Made by a program: the position numbers and the translations under genes. Of a DNA stretch of 64,000 bases, positions 18,193 to 28,093 are shown one piece after another. This DNA comes from Negativicutes bacterium (lineage in GTDB: Bacteria > Bacillota > JAAYKD01): NCBI GenBank assembly GCA_021372785.1, contig JAJFTT010000036.1:28355-92354 (forward strand), read 5' to 3'. The number at the start of each line of letters is the position of its first letter. Positions within the stretch are counted from its first letter, which is position 1. Below the pieces are notes generated by a model. It saw only the letters and a program-made list of their open reading frames with translations. It was not told where the DNA came from and did no database searches.

Positions 18193-19773
18193 CTAGGACT
18201 GTAAATCTCTCTCATACTTTGGTAACGTGAAATAAAACGTTGCCCCCGCGTCGGGCATACCTTCTGCCCAGACGCGTCCGCCATGTCTGCGGATAATTCT
18301 CTGCACATTCGCCAGGCCGACTCCTGTCCCTTCAAATTCCTCTGCACTGTGCAACCGCTGAAAAATCGTAAATAATTTATCTTTGAACTGCATATCAAAA
18401 CCCACACCGTTATCTTTGACATAAATAACCACATATCTGCTGTTCATTTCGTCTTGCGACCACCCAATTTCGATGCGGGCTTTCGTTTTGTAGCGGGTGA
18501 ATTTCAGCGCATTGGAAAGCAGATTTTGTAAAACCAGCTGAAGCATATTGCGATCTGCCATCACGACAGGCAGATCCGATAGAACCCAGTCAATTTCTCT
18601 GCCGGCCACCTCGGCATGAAAACTTTCGATGACCTTGGCAAGCAGTTCGTTTAAATTTACACGCCGATTATTTAAGTCCATTCTGCCCATATTGGAAAAA
18701 TCAAGCAGATTGTCAATCAATCCGCCCATATTGTTGCCGGCCTCCATAATCACTGTCAGATAGTGCTGACTTTTTTCATCAAGCTTGCCTTGCAAACGGG
18801 CAGCTAATAATTCGCTAAACCCGATGATATGCCTGAGCGGCGCCCGCAGATCATGAGAAACAGAATATGAAAAATTCTCCAGTTCCTTGTTGGCTGCTAA
18901 CAAGACATTTTGTTTGACTAATAACTCTTCCTGATAAATCAGCAACTCCTGCTGTTTGATACTCAGCAAAATAGATTTTTTATAATAATTCTGTGCCAAA
19001 TAGACAGCAACTAAAGTTGTCAAAGAAATGAGCAGACCAAAGTATAGTACCGTTTTGGTTTCTGCAATTTTGTTGCTCACCAATTCCGGTGTGGGAGCAA
19101 AGGATGCATTCCAGATCTCAGAATTCAGCAAGGCAATATCCTTATTCACCGTTAATTCGGACCGGCGCTGAGCCCAGCCGCCCGATTCGAAAACAGTATT
19201 CCCGCCGCTGGTAATCTTGAGCATGTATTCTGTGCCAATATCAACCAGAACAGGTGAAATCAGATAATTGCTGTTGACAATCCCTAAAACAAAACCTTTC
19301 AGTTCATTTGCTGCATAAAGCGGCTGCCATATCTTGATTGCGGAAGGGCTATCGTTGATTTCAGAGGCACTGGCGTTGAGCAGCTCTTCATTGCCCTCCC
19401 CGGGAACAATACGGATGATCTTCATGCTGTCATCTACTAAGAGTATTTTCTCAAGTTCACGATAAGTACTCATTAAGAAAACAATTTCATCATCCCAATT
19501 CTCGCTTTGCTTCAGATCAAGTCCCGGGTTTTGTCCGGCCAAATTTTTAATTTCCCAATAGATCTTGCTATATTTATACTCCACGTCGCTGGAATAGGAT
19601 CTGGATTTTGATAAAGTTTGCTCATATAATTCTGACAAGCCACGCGTTTCTTGCGTCTTCCAGCTGAAAACACACAGTAGAATCAGAATAACGGCCAACA
19701 GCAGCAAAAAAATTCTTGAGGTAAAGAAGTTTCTGCTTAATTTTATGAAATGATCTTCTCTGTCTTCGGGCAA
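18193..19773 (-). CDS. Sensor histidine kinase with an approximately 200 aa extracytoplasmic domain between two TM helices
   Basis: 526 aa. H-box SHDLRAPLRH, N/G boxes, and FEGTGVGLANVQRIIRRHGGRVWAEG. It lies directly upstream of the REC-GGDEF-HD-GYP regulator. Confidence 0.85.
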   Translation of the reverse strand: MPEDREDHFIKLSRNFFTSRIFLLLLAVILILLCVFSWKTQETRGLSELYEQTLSKSRSYSSDVEYKYSKIYWEIKNLAGQNPGLDLKQSENWDDEIVFLMSTYRELEKILLVDDSMKIIRIVPGEGNEELLNASASEINDSPSAIKIWQPLYAANELKGFVLGIVNSNYLISPVLVDIGTEYMLKITSGGNTVFESGGWAQRRSELTVNKDIALLNSEIWNASFAPTPELVSNKIAETKTVLYFGLLISLTTLVAVYLAQNYYKKSILLSIKQQELLIYQEELLVKQNVLLAANKELENFSYSVSHDLRAPLRHIIGFSELLAARLQGKLDEKSQHYLTVIMEAGNNMGGLIDNLLDFSNMGRMDLNNRRVNLNELLAKVIESFHAEVAGREIDWVLSDLPVVMADRNMLQLVLQNLLSNALKFTRYKTKARIEIGWSQDEMNSRYVVIYVKDNGVGFDMQFKDKLFTIFQRLHSAEEFEGTGVGLANVQRIIRRHGGRVWAEGMPDAGATFYFTLPKYERDLQS

Positions 19774-20176
19774 ATTCTCCCCCCCCTTTTTGCTTTGTAT
19801 TGAAATTGATCGCAGCTTTCATGCTATCTTTTGAACCGGACGACAGTTACGAAAAAGTAACCGGCATGGAATCTGTCAACTTCATGTTATTGCAGCCAAG
19901 CAACCGTGTTATGGCCAAAAAAAGAACAATTATCTTTAAATTATCATATCAAATTGCCGCTTTTTTAAAAAACACAGAACTGCGGAACCCGATCTTCCTG
20001 CCTCGTATTTTAGCACAGATTTCAATAATTTCCAATACGATTTATATCTTTTGGCAAAACCGACTGTTCAATTTATGGTTTAGTTGTTTTTTTAGCTTTC
20101 ATTCGATAAACAAATTCCGATGATTGAAAAAGCTCGCTGGAATGTTGGCTCCACAGGTATTACCATCCTCAATGTT

Positions 20177-20480
20177 TCAGTCTTCTTTTGAGAATGTCAG
20201 AATGATGACCGGAATAAATCTCAATAAGGGGTTCTCTTTCACCCGCTTTAGCACTTCAAAATCATTCGCTTTCGGAAGCTTGAGATCAGGCATGATGGCG
20301 GCTGGGTGACCAAAAGCCCTCTGCGCATTTTTCCCGCAGGAATTCAAATCATGCAAAGCCGTTCTCCGTCTCCGGCAATTTCTGCCTGATTGGCCAACTT
20401 GCACTCGGCTCCAGCCATGAGTGTCGGTTCCAAATCATTGCGGTTGGCTTCCGTCAATCATATTCGCTGGAACTCCGTCA
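20177..20480 (-). pseudogene. Decayed CheY-like receiver (response regulator) gene, partner of the second kinase
   Basis: An ATG overlaps the kinase stop (ATGA). Frame A reads MTEFQRI-stop-LTEANRNDLEPTLMAGAECKLANQAEIAGDGERL (REC beta1-alpha2-like). A different frame then reads AAIMPDLKLPKANDFEVLKRVKENPLLRFIPVIILTFSKED (the REC beta3-beta4 region). Stops interrupt both segments. Confidence 0.5.
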
Positions 20481-22073
20481 TAGCAGGTCCTCCTGATACT
20501 TTGGCAGTGAAAAATAAAAGGTTGCTCCTTCATCCGTTACTCCTTCTGCCCAGACCCTGCCGCCATGTCTTTGCACGATTCTCTGGACATTCGCCAAACC
20601 TACGCCTGTCCCTTCAAACTCTTCAACCGTATGCAAGCGCTGGAAAATACCAAACAGCTTGTCCTTGTATCGCATATCAAAACCCGCACCGTTGTCTTTG
20701 ACATAAATTACGATGTACTTTTCATTGACTTGATCAGGCAGCGCAGCTATTTCTATCTTTGTTGTCATTTTTAAGCGCGTAAATTTTAACGAATTGGAAA
20801 TAAGATTCTCCAAGACCAATCGAATCATATTTCTATCTGCTGTTACTTCGGGCAAAGGCATGATTTTCCATTCAATCTTTCTCCCGATGATATCAGGCTG
20901 CATACTTGCGATGACTTGCGATAAGAGCTCGTTGAGATTCACTTGTTGGTTCATGAGTTCCTGCCTGCTTATTTTGGAAAAAGCAAGCAGATCATCAATT
21001 AATCTTCCCATGGTTTGACTGGCTTCTAAAATGACCGCCAGGTAATGCTGGCTTTTTTCATCCAGCTGACCTTCTGAATTTTTATTCAGCATTTCCGCGA
21101 AACCAGACATATGCCTTAAGGGTGCCCGTAAATCATGAGATACGGAATAGGTGAAACTCTCCAGTTCTTTATTGACAGCGATCAATTGATTTTGATATTG
21201 GATTAATTCCTCCTGATGGATACTCAGCATCTTCGATTTTTTATAATAATTCTGCGCCAAACAGACGGAAATCAAACCAAAGGCAGAGATGAGGATACTA
21301 TATAAAAAAGTATTTCTGGCTGCGCCAATACTGTTCTGAATCTGTGCCGAAGTAGGTGCAAAGGAGATATTCCAGACCGCAGAATTGAGTAAAGTGACCG
21401 TCTTTGTCACAGTAAATTCTTCCTGATGCGATTCCCAGTCAGCAGAACGGAAAATGGTCTGATCCGGGCTGCTGATTTTCAACAAATAATCCGATTTGAG
21501 ATCGGGCAGGACCGGTAAAATCAGTTTATTGCTGTCCAGAATCCCTAAAACAAAACCTTGCAAGACTTGATTTTGATCAATAGCTTGCCGGATCCGAATC
21601 TCGGAGGAATCGCTGATTTCCTGCAGCGCACTGCTGTGAAGCAGCGATTCATTTCCCTGTGCCGGTATGACTTCGTCAATTTGCATATCCGGACTGACCA
21701 AAGCCAGCAAGCGCACTTCCGGAAAAGATTTCAAGAACTCTCCAGCCTCTGAAGACCAAACTTCGTTGTTGGCAAGATCGGCTTCGAGCGACATCGTATC
21801 GGCCAGCTGAGCGATTTCCCAACAAAGCTTATCATATTTTAATTCAATTTGAGCGGAACAGGCTTGCGCAATGGCATCAATATGCAAAGAAAGCTCGGAC
21901 AGACTGCGGTTTTCTTGAATTTTCCAGTTATAGAAAGAAACAGCAAAAAGGAAGACAGCCAAAAAGCCTAAGAAAATCCTCGATGTAAAAAATACAACAT
22001 ACTTTCTGGTTTCCTTGATTTTTTGATTTGCTTGCGTTTGCGCTTCCCCTCCCCTTTGCCGCTTTGCCGCCAA
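20478..22073 (-). CDS. Sensor histidine kinase, paralog of the 18193-19773 gene
   Basis: 531 aa with the same architecture. The catalytic half is near-identical (SHDLRAPLRH, FEGTGVGLANVQRIVQRHGGRVWAEG). The sensor domain is divergent. Confidence 0.85.
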   Translation of the reverse strand: MAAKRQRGGEAQTQANQKIKETRKYVVFFTSRIFLGFLAVFLFAVSFYNWKIQENRSLSELSLHIDAIAQACSAQIELKYDKLCWEIAQLADTMSLEADLANNEVWSSEAGEFLKSFPEVRLLALVSPDMQIDEVIPAQGNESLLHSSALQEISDSSEIRIRQAIDQNQVLQGFVLGILDSNKLILPVLPDLKSDYLLKISSPDQTIFRSADWESHQEEFTVTKTVTLLNSAVWNISFAPTSAQIQNSIGAARNTFLYSILISAFGLISVCLAQNYYKKSKMLSIHQEELIQYQNQLIAVNKELESFTYSVSHDLRAPLRHMSGFAEMLNKNSEGQLDEKSQHYLAVILEASQTMGRLIDDLLAFSKISRQELMNQQVNLNELLSQVIASMQPDIIGRKIEWKIMPLPEVTADRNMIRLVLENLISNSLKFTRLKMTTKIEIAALPDQVNEKYIVIYVKDNGAGFDMRYKDKLFGIFQRLHTVEEFEGTGVGLANVQRIVQRHGGRVWAEGVTDEGATFYFSLPKYQEDLL

Positions 22074-22842
22074 GATAATTTTACGGAGCCGAAGTCTCTG
22101 ATTTGATTGAATCGCTTTTTTCAGAAGAGAAACGATACTTGAGCCGACTTACCCGAAATTTCCGCTGTTTTTAAGCTGATTGTTCATATTATACATCCGA
22201 TTTGCCAAATAATAAAGTATTCTTATTTATTTTTTTCAGATTTGAATGGTGTAAAAATAGTCACGACAAGCCGGTCGGACCGGCGGTCCCTCGCAGCAGC
22301 GCATTCATCCCAATCCGATGCAAAGCAAAAGCTGTGGAGAAAACGACGTACGATTTACGTTCTGTCTATCGTATAAGCCGGGAAACTGTCTTTACTCATT
22401 GCAAAAAAAAGCCGGCTGTCATACCGGTGAGGATAATCTAAGTAGTTATCTTTCAGTTCATCCCTCCGCGTGAGGTAGCGCAGCGCTTCCAGAGGAATAG
22501 AACGCACCAAAGCAGCAGGTCCGGTCCGCTGTTTCCACTAATCCCGTTAGAAAAAAACCTGCGGCAAAGAACCTTTTGAAACGGTTCTCTCGCTTCTTGA
22601 TGCAATAAAGTATTGCCGGTTGGCTCAATCATATTCCGGCTCAGTAATTTTTCGAAGATTTTTTGATTAAATGAATATTTTGTGATATAATTATATTCAT
22701 AATTTGATGACACGCGACACTGAAAAAGCCAAAAAATCAAAACGATGCAGAACCACTTTCAGATGAGTTGGTTTTTTCATTTTGTCATGAAGAAGGTCGG
22801 GAAATTCTGTAACAGAAAAAATCACATAAGGAGAAAAGTTCA

Positions 22843-24387
22843 ATGCCGAAAGAAAGAGCTTTAGTCGCCAGTCCGGTCTATCAAAAACCGGCGATCCTCG
22901 CTTTGTTTTTAACTTCCCTGAAAAGTCTTAAAATGGACAGCTTCGTTTTGGATTATCTTTTCGTCGATGATAATGCCGATCAAAATTCCAGCGCTCTCTT
23001 AGCTGATTTTCAAAGAGAAGGGTCCGAAGTAATCATTCTGAACAGCAAGGAACAGGGAACCTATCTCTGCAACGATGAATCTCATCACTGGGATGATAAC
23101 TTAATGCTGAAAGTAGCCAATTATAAGAATTCCATGATCAATTATGCGATCGAAATGGATTACGATTATCTGTTTTTTGTTGATTCCGATTTAGTATTGT
23201 ACCCCGGACTGGTTGAACATCTCAAGACAAAAAAGAAAGATATCCTGTCAGAGATATTTTGGACGAAATGGCATCCCGATCAGCCGCCGGAGCCCAATGT
23301 CTGGTTGTTCGACGAATATGATCTGGTACCGAAAAATCCGGGAGAAACGCTGAACCAGAAAGAGATGGAGATTCGCCGGAATAGATTCTTACATCAACTG
23401 CGCATCCCTGGTCTGTATGAAGTGGGCGGCTTAGGTGCCTGTACCCTGATCAGCAGGAGTGCTTTGCTCAAAGGCGTCAGTTTTCAACCAATTCGCAACT
23501 TAACCATCCATGGCGAAGACAGATTTTTTTGCATTCGGGCGGTAGTTCTCGGTCTTGATCTATTTGTGGACACGTATTATCCGGCTTTCCATATTTACAG
23601 AGAACAGGATCTAGCCGCAGCAAAAACTTATCTGCAAAGTAATGCACAAAATCTAACTTTTGTCCGGCGATTCAAAACGCAGGGGAATAAAATTACCCTG
23701 TCCATGATTGTCAAAAACGAAGAGGGACGTTATCTTGAGCGAGTACTCCGCAGTCTGGTTGGTCACATTGATGCTGCAGTGATGATCGACGACGGCAGTA
23801 CGGATCATACAATCGCTATCTGCAGAGAAATCCTCAAAGGAATTCCTTTGCGTCTGATCGAGAATGACCATTCTTTATTTGCGCAGGAAGTATCTTTGCG
23901 TAAGCAGCAATGGGAGGAGACAATCAAAACAAATCCGGATTGGATATTGAACCTTGACGCGGATGAAATATTGGAGGAAAGTTTTTGGCTGCATGCACAG
24001 GAACTGATCAACAATCCGGATTGTGATTTATATTGCTTCCGATTATACGATATGTGGGATGAGAAGCATTATCGCGAGGATGCGTATTGGAATGCGCATC
24101 TTAGCTACAGACCGTTTTTATTGCGATATCAACCGGATTTTGCCTATCAATGGAATGAAACGCCGCAACACTGCGGCCGTTTCCCCGCCAACATTTTCTC
24201 CTTCCCCGCTCTTCATGCGGAAGCGCGCATACAGCATTTTGGTTGGGCTGTCGCCGCAGACAGAATCGAAAAAAAGAAACGCTACGAACTGCTTGACCCG
24301 GATGCCATCTACGGCATCAAAGAACAATATGATTCGATTCTGGATTCCTCTCCCAGACTGCTGCCATGGCAAGAAGAAGACAATTAG
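22843..24387 (+). CDS. Two-domain GT-A fold glycosyltransferase (family-2-like C-terminal domain)
   Basis: 514 aa with a ribosome-binding site AAGGAGAAAAG. The C-terminal half (ITLSMIVKNEEG ... IDDGSTDHT ... LDADE) resembles GT2. The N-terminal half has a DxD-like VDSDL motif and a nucleotide-sugar-binding-like fold. Confidence 0.7.
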   Translation: MPKERALVASPVYQKPAILALFLTSLKSLKMDSFVLDYLFVDDNADQNSSALLADFQREGSEVIILNSKEQGTYLCNDESHHWDDNLMLKVANYKNSMINYAIEMDYDYLFFVDSDLVLYPGLVEHLKTKKKDILSEIFWTKWHPDQPPEPNVWLFDEYDLVPKNPGETLNQKEMEIRRNRFLHQLRIPGLYEVGGLGACTLISRSALLKGVSFQPIRNLTIHGEDRFFCIRAVVLGLDLFVDTYYPAFHIYREQDLAAAKTYLQSNAQNLTFVRRFKTQGNKITLSMIVKNEEGRYLERVLRSLVGHIDAAVMIDDGSTDHTIAICREILKGIPLRLIENDHSLFAQEVSLRKQQWEETIKTNPDWILNLDADEILEESFWLHAQELINNPDCDLYCFRLYDMWDEKHYREDAYWNAHLSYRPFLLRYQPDFAYQWNETPQHCGRFPANIFSFPALHAEARIQHFGWAVAADRIEKKKRYELLDPDAIYGIKEQYDSILDSSPRLLPWQEEDN

Positions 24388-24482
24388 CCTGTGCAAAACC
24401 GGAGATTTCTTCTCTGAATCGATACGCTTATCTTTGCAGTAAGTATAGCGATAGAAGATATGTCTATAAGCTCAACAATTTC

Positions 24483-24512
24483 TTAACACCTGCGCTGCGG
24501 GTGTTTTTTATA
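24483..24512 (+). terminator. Rho-independent terminator of the glycosyltransferase gene
   Basis: ACACCUGCGCUGCGGGUGU hairpin followed by UUUUUU. Confidence 0.6.
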
Positions 24513-24926
24513 TTCTGTCAGTATACCTGAGCAAAAACACCAATGGCGCATCAGTGCAGTTTTACTTCTTCCGAATGATCCCAGAGATAACCATATGCCT
24601 GCAGCAGAGAGGGTAAAAAAAACGATCCTCTTACCGATTTGAAAATTGTCAGAGCAGCAGGATCGTTTTCTCTGTTGAAATTCGTGTGTGAATCGCAGAA
24701 ATCAGCGATTGCAGCGGCTGATCGACTTTGTCTGCCAGCTCATACCCGGAAGCGGTCAGACCGAGATAGGTGAGAAATAAGGATTCGTTTGCCTGGATTG
24801 TGATCGGTCTAAAATCAACTCGTTTTTGCGGCTCATCCCAGAATGACGGTCTGTATCGGTTTCTCAAGTAAAAAAGCAGCGGAAATGTTTGAAACCAGGT
24901 GTTTCAAATATTTCCGCTGCTTTGGT

Positions 24927-25002
24927 TGGTGGAGACGAAGAGGATCGAACTCTCGACCTTACGGATGCGAACCGTACGCTCTCCCAGCTGAGCTACGTCC
25001 CC
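24927..25002 (-). tRNA. tRNA-Ala (anticodon CGC)
   Basis: The reverse complement GGGGACGTAGCTCAGCTGGGAGAGCGTACGGTTCGCATCCGTAAGGTCGAGAGTTCGATCCTCTTCGTCTCCACCA folds as a cloverleaf. It has a G3:U70 pair, anticodon loop TTCGCAT, T-loop TTCGATC and an encoded CCA. Confidence 0.85.
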
Positions 25003-25044
25003 GTAAATCAACGTTCCTCATTATACATAAAAAGAGTCCTCCGG

Positions 25045-25971
25045 TCAAGAGGCAATCACCGTTTTTTTCTCAGTTTTCTTCGTTTCTTTCGTTTCTTCTT
25101 CCCTTTTATGAAACAGTGTCAGCAGCACAACGGAAGCTAAAATCATGATGGTGCCAAGCAGCGTACGAGTGGTAAATCTTTCATGGAAGGCCAGAACTCC
25201 CACAACAATGCTGGCCAATGGCTCGAAGGTACTTAAAATCGCCGTATGCTGCGCACCAACCAGATTGGTGCCGCTTTGAAACAGGACGACAGCGACCAAA
25301 GTCAGCAACATGGCGAAGACCACCATCCAAAGCCAAGCCAAGCTTGTCATCTGATAAACAAAGCTTTGTGTCAGCATGGAATAGAGAAAGATTAAAACGG
25401 AACAGATGGAAGCGATGTAGAAACTGTATTTAAAAGGATCAAGTTTTCCTATTCCACTCTTGGCCAGGTAGACGATATAGGCGGCATAACTGACTCCGGA
25501 AGCGCAGGCAAGAAAAATCCCTCTTAAATTTGCTTGCTGTCCCGGCGTATAGCAAAAAAAGACACCAAGCATACATAGAATAAGGCAGGCTCCGTGCAGC
25601 GGAGCGATTTTTTCCCGGAAAAATAACCAGCAAAAAAGAAAAACAAAGACCGGATAAATAAAGTGCAGCGTCGTTGCCATTCCGGAATTAATATAGTGAA
25701 AGGAAGAATAAAGTACGATTGGGGTCAGGACCGCACCAATTGCGCTGCAGAGAAAAAGCTTGCCGAATTCAGCACGGCTGAGTTTCAGATTGATTTTTTT
25801 CCGTTGCAAAATAAAATAAAGAAACGGCAGGGGTAAGAAATTGCGGTAAAAAACAATGCTGATGGCATTGCCGCCGCCAAGATATATGTTTTTTACAAAG
25901 AGCGAAGCGCAGCCGAATATGGTCGCGGAAAGAATGACAAAAAGGCATCCTTTCAAATAGCGATTCATCAA
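25045..25971 (-). CDS. EamA/DMT-superfamily transporter
   Basis: 308 aa with 10 TM in two EamA repeats and a Lys/Glu-rich C-terminal tail. Confidence 0.8.
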   Translation of the reverse strand: MMNRYLKGCLFVILSATIFGCASLFVKNIYLGGGNAISIVFYRNFLPLPFLYFILQRKKINLKLSRAEFGKLFLCSAIGAVLTPIVLYSSFHYINSGMATTLHFIYPVFVFLFCWLFFREKIAPLHGACLILCMLGVFFCYTPGQQANLRGIFLACASGVSYAAYIVYLAKSGIGKLDPFKYSFYIASICSVLIFLYSMLTQSFVYQMTSLAWLWMVVFAMLLTLVAVVLFQSGTNLVGAQHTAILSTFEPLASIVVGVLAFHERFTTRTLLGTIMILASVVLLTLFHKREEETKETKKTEKKTVIAS

Positions 25972-26066
25972 CGAAAACTCCCTTTAAGCCGATTTTCTTC
26001 TCCACAGGGAACTGGGATACAGCCGCCGCGGCAAAAAACCGTATCCCAGTTTGATATTTTCTTTAT

Positions 26067-27068
26067 CTAGACGCTGGGGAACTTTGTTTCCAATAAAGCG
26101 ACAATCAGTTTAATGCCGTTTTCCACATCGTTCATATCGACCATTTCGGAAGGGGTATGAATGTAGCGGGTCGCGATCGACATCACACCGCTGGGGACTC
26201 CGGCTTTGCTGGTATGGATCGCGCCGGAATCGGTGCCGCCGGATTCCAAAACTTCCAACTGATAGGGGATTTTATGTTTCGTGGCGACTTCTTTCATGAA
26301 GCGGATCATGGTCGGGTGACATAAGACGGAAGCGTCGCGCACCTTGACCGTCGGTCCTTTACCCAATGCGACATCCATCGTAATCGATTTGGGTGTGTCA
26401 CCGGTGCGGGTCACATCGATGGCAATCCCGAAATCGGGATCCACGGCAAACGCTGAGGTGCGGGCGCCGCGTAAACCTACTTCTTCCTGAACGGTAAAGA
26501 CAAAATTCATCTGAACTTTTGCCTGTTTGACCCGTTTGATGGCTTCAATTAGGATCACGCAGGCGATCCGGTCGTCCATGGCTTTGGATACCATGCGATT
26601 GCCCAGATCAATGCATTCGTAACAGCCGCCGGCGCAGTCACCGACCTGCACCTTCTGCTGCGCTTCCGCCTTGCTGTCGGCACCGATATCGATAAACATT
26701 TTGCTTAATTCCAATGTTTCGCCGGCATTGAGTTTTTCCGCGCCGAAAACGCCGACCGTACCGTTCGCAAAGACGCAGCGCGAAGCTAATAATATCTGCG
26801 GACTGAGACCGCCCAGGTTCGTGAAACGCAAAAATCCTTTATCATCGATATGCGTTACCATCACGCCGATTTCGTCCATGTGAGCAGCCAGCATCACTTT
26901 GGGACCGCTGCCGTTTTTCACTGCGATGACATTGCCCAAAGCGTCGATTTTCACACTGTCGACATAAGGCTTGATTTCCTCCACAATCAGATTGGCTACG
27001 TTGGTTTCATCACCGGTTGGTCCATACGCAGTGACAATTTTTTTAGTTAAAGCTTTCAGATCGTTCAT
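26067..27068 (-). CDS. M42 family aminopeptidase (paralog 3 of 3)
   Basis: 333 aa with HMDEIG, metal-binding D/E/H positions and M42 (YsdC/FrvX-like) length and motif layout. Confidence 0.85.
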   Translation of the reverse strand: MNDLKALTKKIVTAYGPTGDETNVANLIVEEIKPYVDSVKIDALGNVIAVKNGSGPKVMLAAHMDEIGVMVTHIDDKGFLRFTNLGGLSPQILLASRCVFANGTVGVFGAEKLNAGETLELSKMFIDIGADSKAEAQQKVQVGDCAGGCYECIDLGNRMVSKAMDDRIACVILIEAIKRVKQAKVQMNFVFTVQEEVGLRGARTSAFAVDPDFGIAIDVTRTGDTPKSITMDVALGKGPTVKVRDASVLCHPTMIRFMKEVATKHKIPYQLEVLESGGTDSGAIHTSKAGVPSGVMSIATRYIHTPSEMVDMNDVENGIKLIVALLETKFPSV

Positions 27069-28093
27069 TTTATTGCAAACCCTCCTCTTTCAATGGCGTG
27101 AATAAACGCTTTTACCAGCGCAATGGTTTGTTCGTAATCGCTTAATTGGATGATTGAGATAGGCGAATGGACATAACGGGTCGGTACTGCCAATTCAATG
27201 GCGGCCACGCCGCCGCGTGTCTGGTTGATTTTGCCGCCGTCGTTGCCGCCGGTGGCCGTGTTGCGGAATTGATAAGGAATTCCCAGTTCCTCCGCTGTCC
27301 TGGCCGCCAAAGCGATCAATTTTTTATCGCTGATCAGTGATTTATCCATCAACGTAATGGAAGGGCCGGCGCCAAGGTGCGTGGAAACCAAATGATCTGC
27401 CACATCGGTCACGTCATGAGCGGTGCAGCCTTCAATGGCGATGCCAACCTGCGGATCAATCGCGAAGGCGGCAGTGCCGGCGCCGCGCAGACCGATTTCT
27501 TCCGAAACGGAAAAAACGGCGTAAACCGGCAGATTGAATTTCTCTTTCAGGACTTCCACGATCACAGCGCAGCCGATACGATCGTCAAATGCTTTGGCTT
27601 TGGCTTTGCCGTCACCGAATTCTTCATAGTCCGTCGCAAAAACCGCAAAATCACCAACGGAAACAACCTTTTCCGCTTCTTCTTTATTCTTTGCACCGAT
27701 ATCAATATATAACGCCTCAATCGGCAGCGGCGACTGCCGCTCTTCCGGCTTTTGCAGATGAATGGCTTTGGCTCCGATCACACCGGGGATTTTCTTGGCG
27801 CCAATCCGGACTGTTTTCGCCACCAAAACGCGGACGTCAATGCCGCCTACCGGCTTAAAGCGCAGCAGACCGGTCGGCTCAATAAAAACGATCATCAGTC
27901 CGATTTCATCCATATGCGCATCCAACAAAATCCGGGGACCTTGGGCATCTTTGTTTTGTACGGCGATCAAATTGCCCAGCATATCGGTATGGATTTCCTC
28001 CACAACACCGTCCAGGGCTGCCCTGATCACAGCACGCACTTCAGATTCATCACCGGCCACGCCGGCCGCTTCCGTGATTTTTTTTAGTAACAT
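27065..28093 (-). CDS. M42 family aminopeptidase (paralog 2 of 3)
   Basis: 342 aa, HMDEIGLMI, sharing a stop/start overlap with its neighbours. Confidence 0.85.
   Translation of the reverse strand: MLLKKITEAAGVAGDESEVRAVIRAALDGVVEEIHTDMLGNLIAVQNKDAQGPRILLDAHMDEIGLMIVFIEPTGLLRFKPVGGIDVRVLVAKTVRIGAKKIPGVIGAKAIHLQKPEERQSPLPIEALYIDIGAKNKEEAEKVVSVGDFAVFATDYEEFGDGKAKAKAFDDRIGCAVIVEVLKEKFNLPVYAVFSVSEEIGLRGAGTAAFAIDPQVGIAIEGCTAHDVTDVADHLVSTHLGAGPSITLMDKSLISDKKLIALAARTAEELGIPYQFRNTATGGNDGGKINQTRGGVAAIELAVPTRYVHSPISIIQLSDYEQTIALVKAFIHAIERGGFAIK

Noticed and set aside
18144-18434. A 96 aa minus-strand ORF overlapping the 3' end of the sensor kinase gene
   Set aside because: It is an alternate-frame overlap inside a well-supported kinase gene, with no ribosome-binding site and a non-protein-like composition.
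19800-20123. A 107 aa plus-strand ORF in the AT-rich gap between the decayed receiver gene and kinase 1
   Set aside because: No ribosome-binding site and a low-complexity hydrophobic and aromatic composition. The region is better explained as the promoter/leader of the downstream kinase (a TTGACA box is present on the minus strand).
22202-22740. Small ORFs (79 and 95 aa) in the 770 nt gap upstream of the glycosyltransferase
   Set aside because: No ribosome-binding sites, no recognisable motifs and poor coding composition. They are treated as non-coding (see the islet finding).
24649-24867. A 72 aa minus-strand ORF between the tRNA-Ala gene and the glycosyltransferase gene, ending in a terminator-like hairpin
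   Set aside because: No ribosome-binding site and no family resemblance. It could be a gene remnant or a real small protein, but the evidence is insufficient. It is mentioned under the islet finding instead.
24843-25148. Two overlapping plus-strand ORFs (101 and 83 aa) and a minus-strand ORF across 24.85-25.15 kb
   Set aside because: They overlap the tRNA-Ala gene and the 3' end of the EamA transporter. Their Arg/Ser/Phe-rich composition is an artefact of tRNA and coding antisense sequence.
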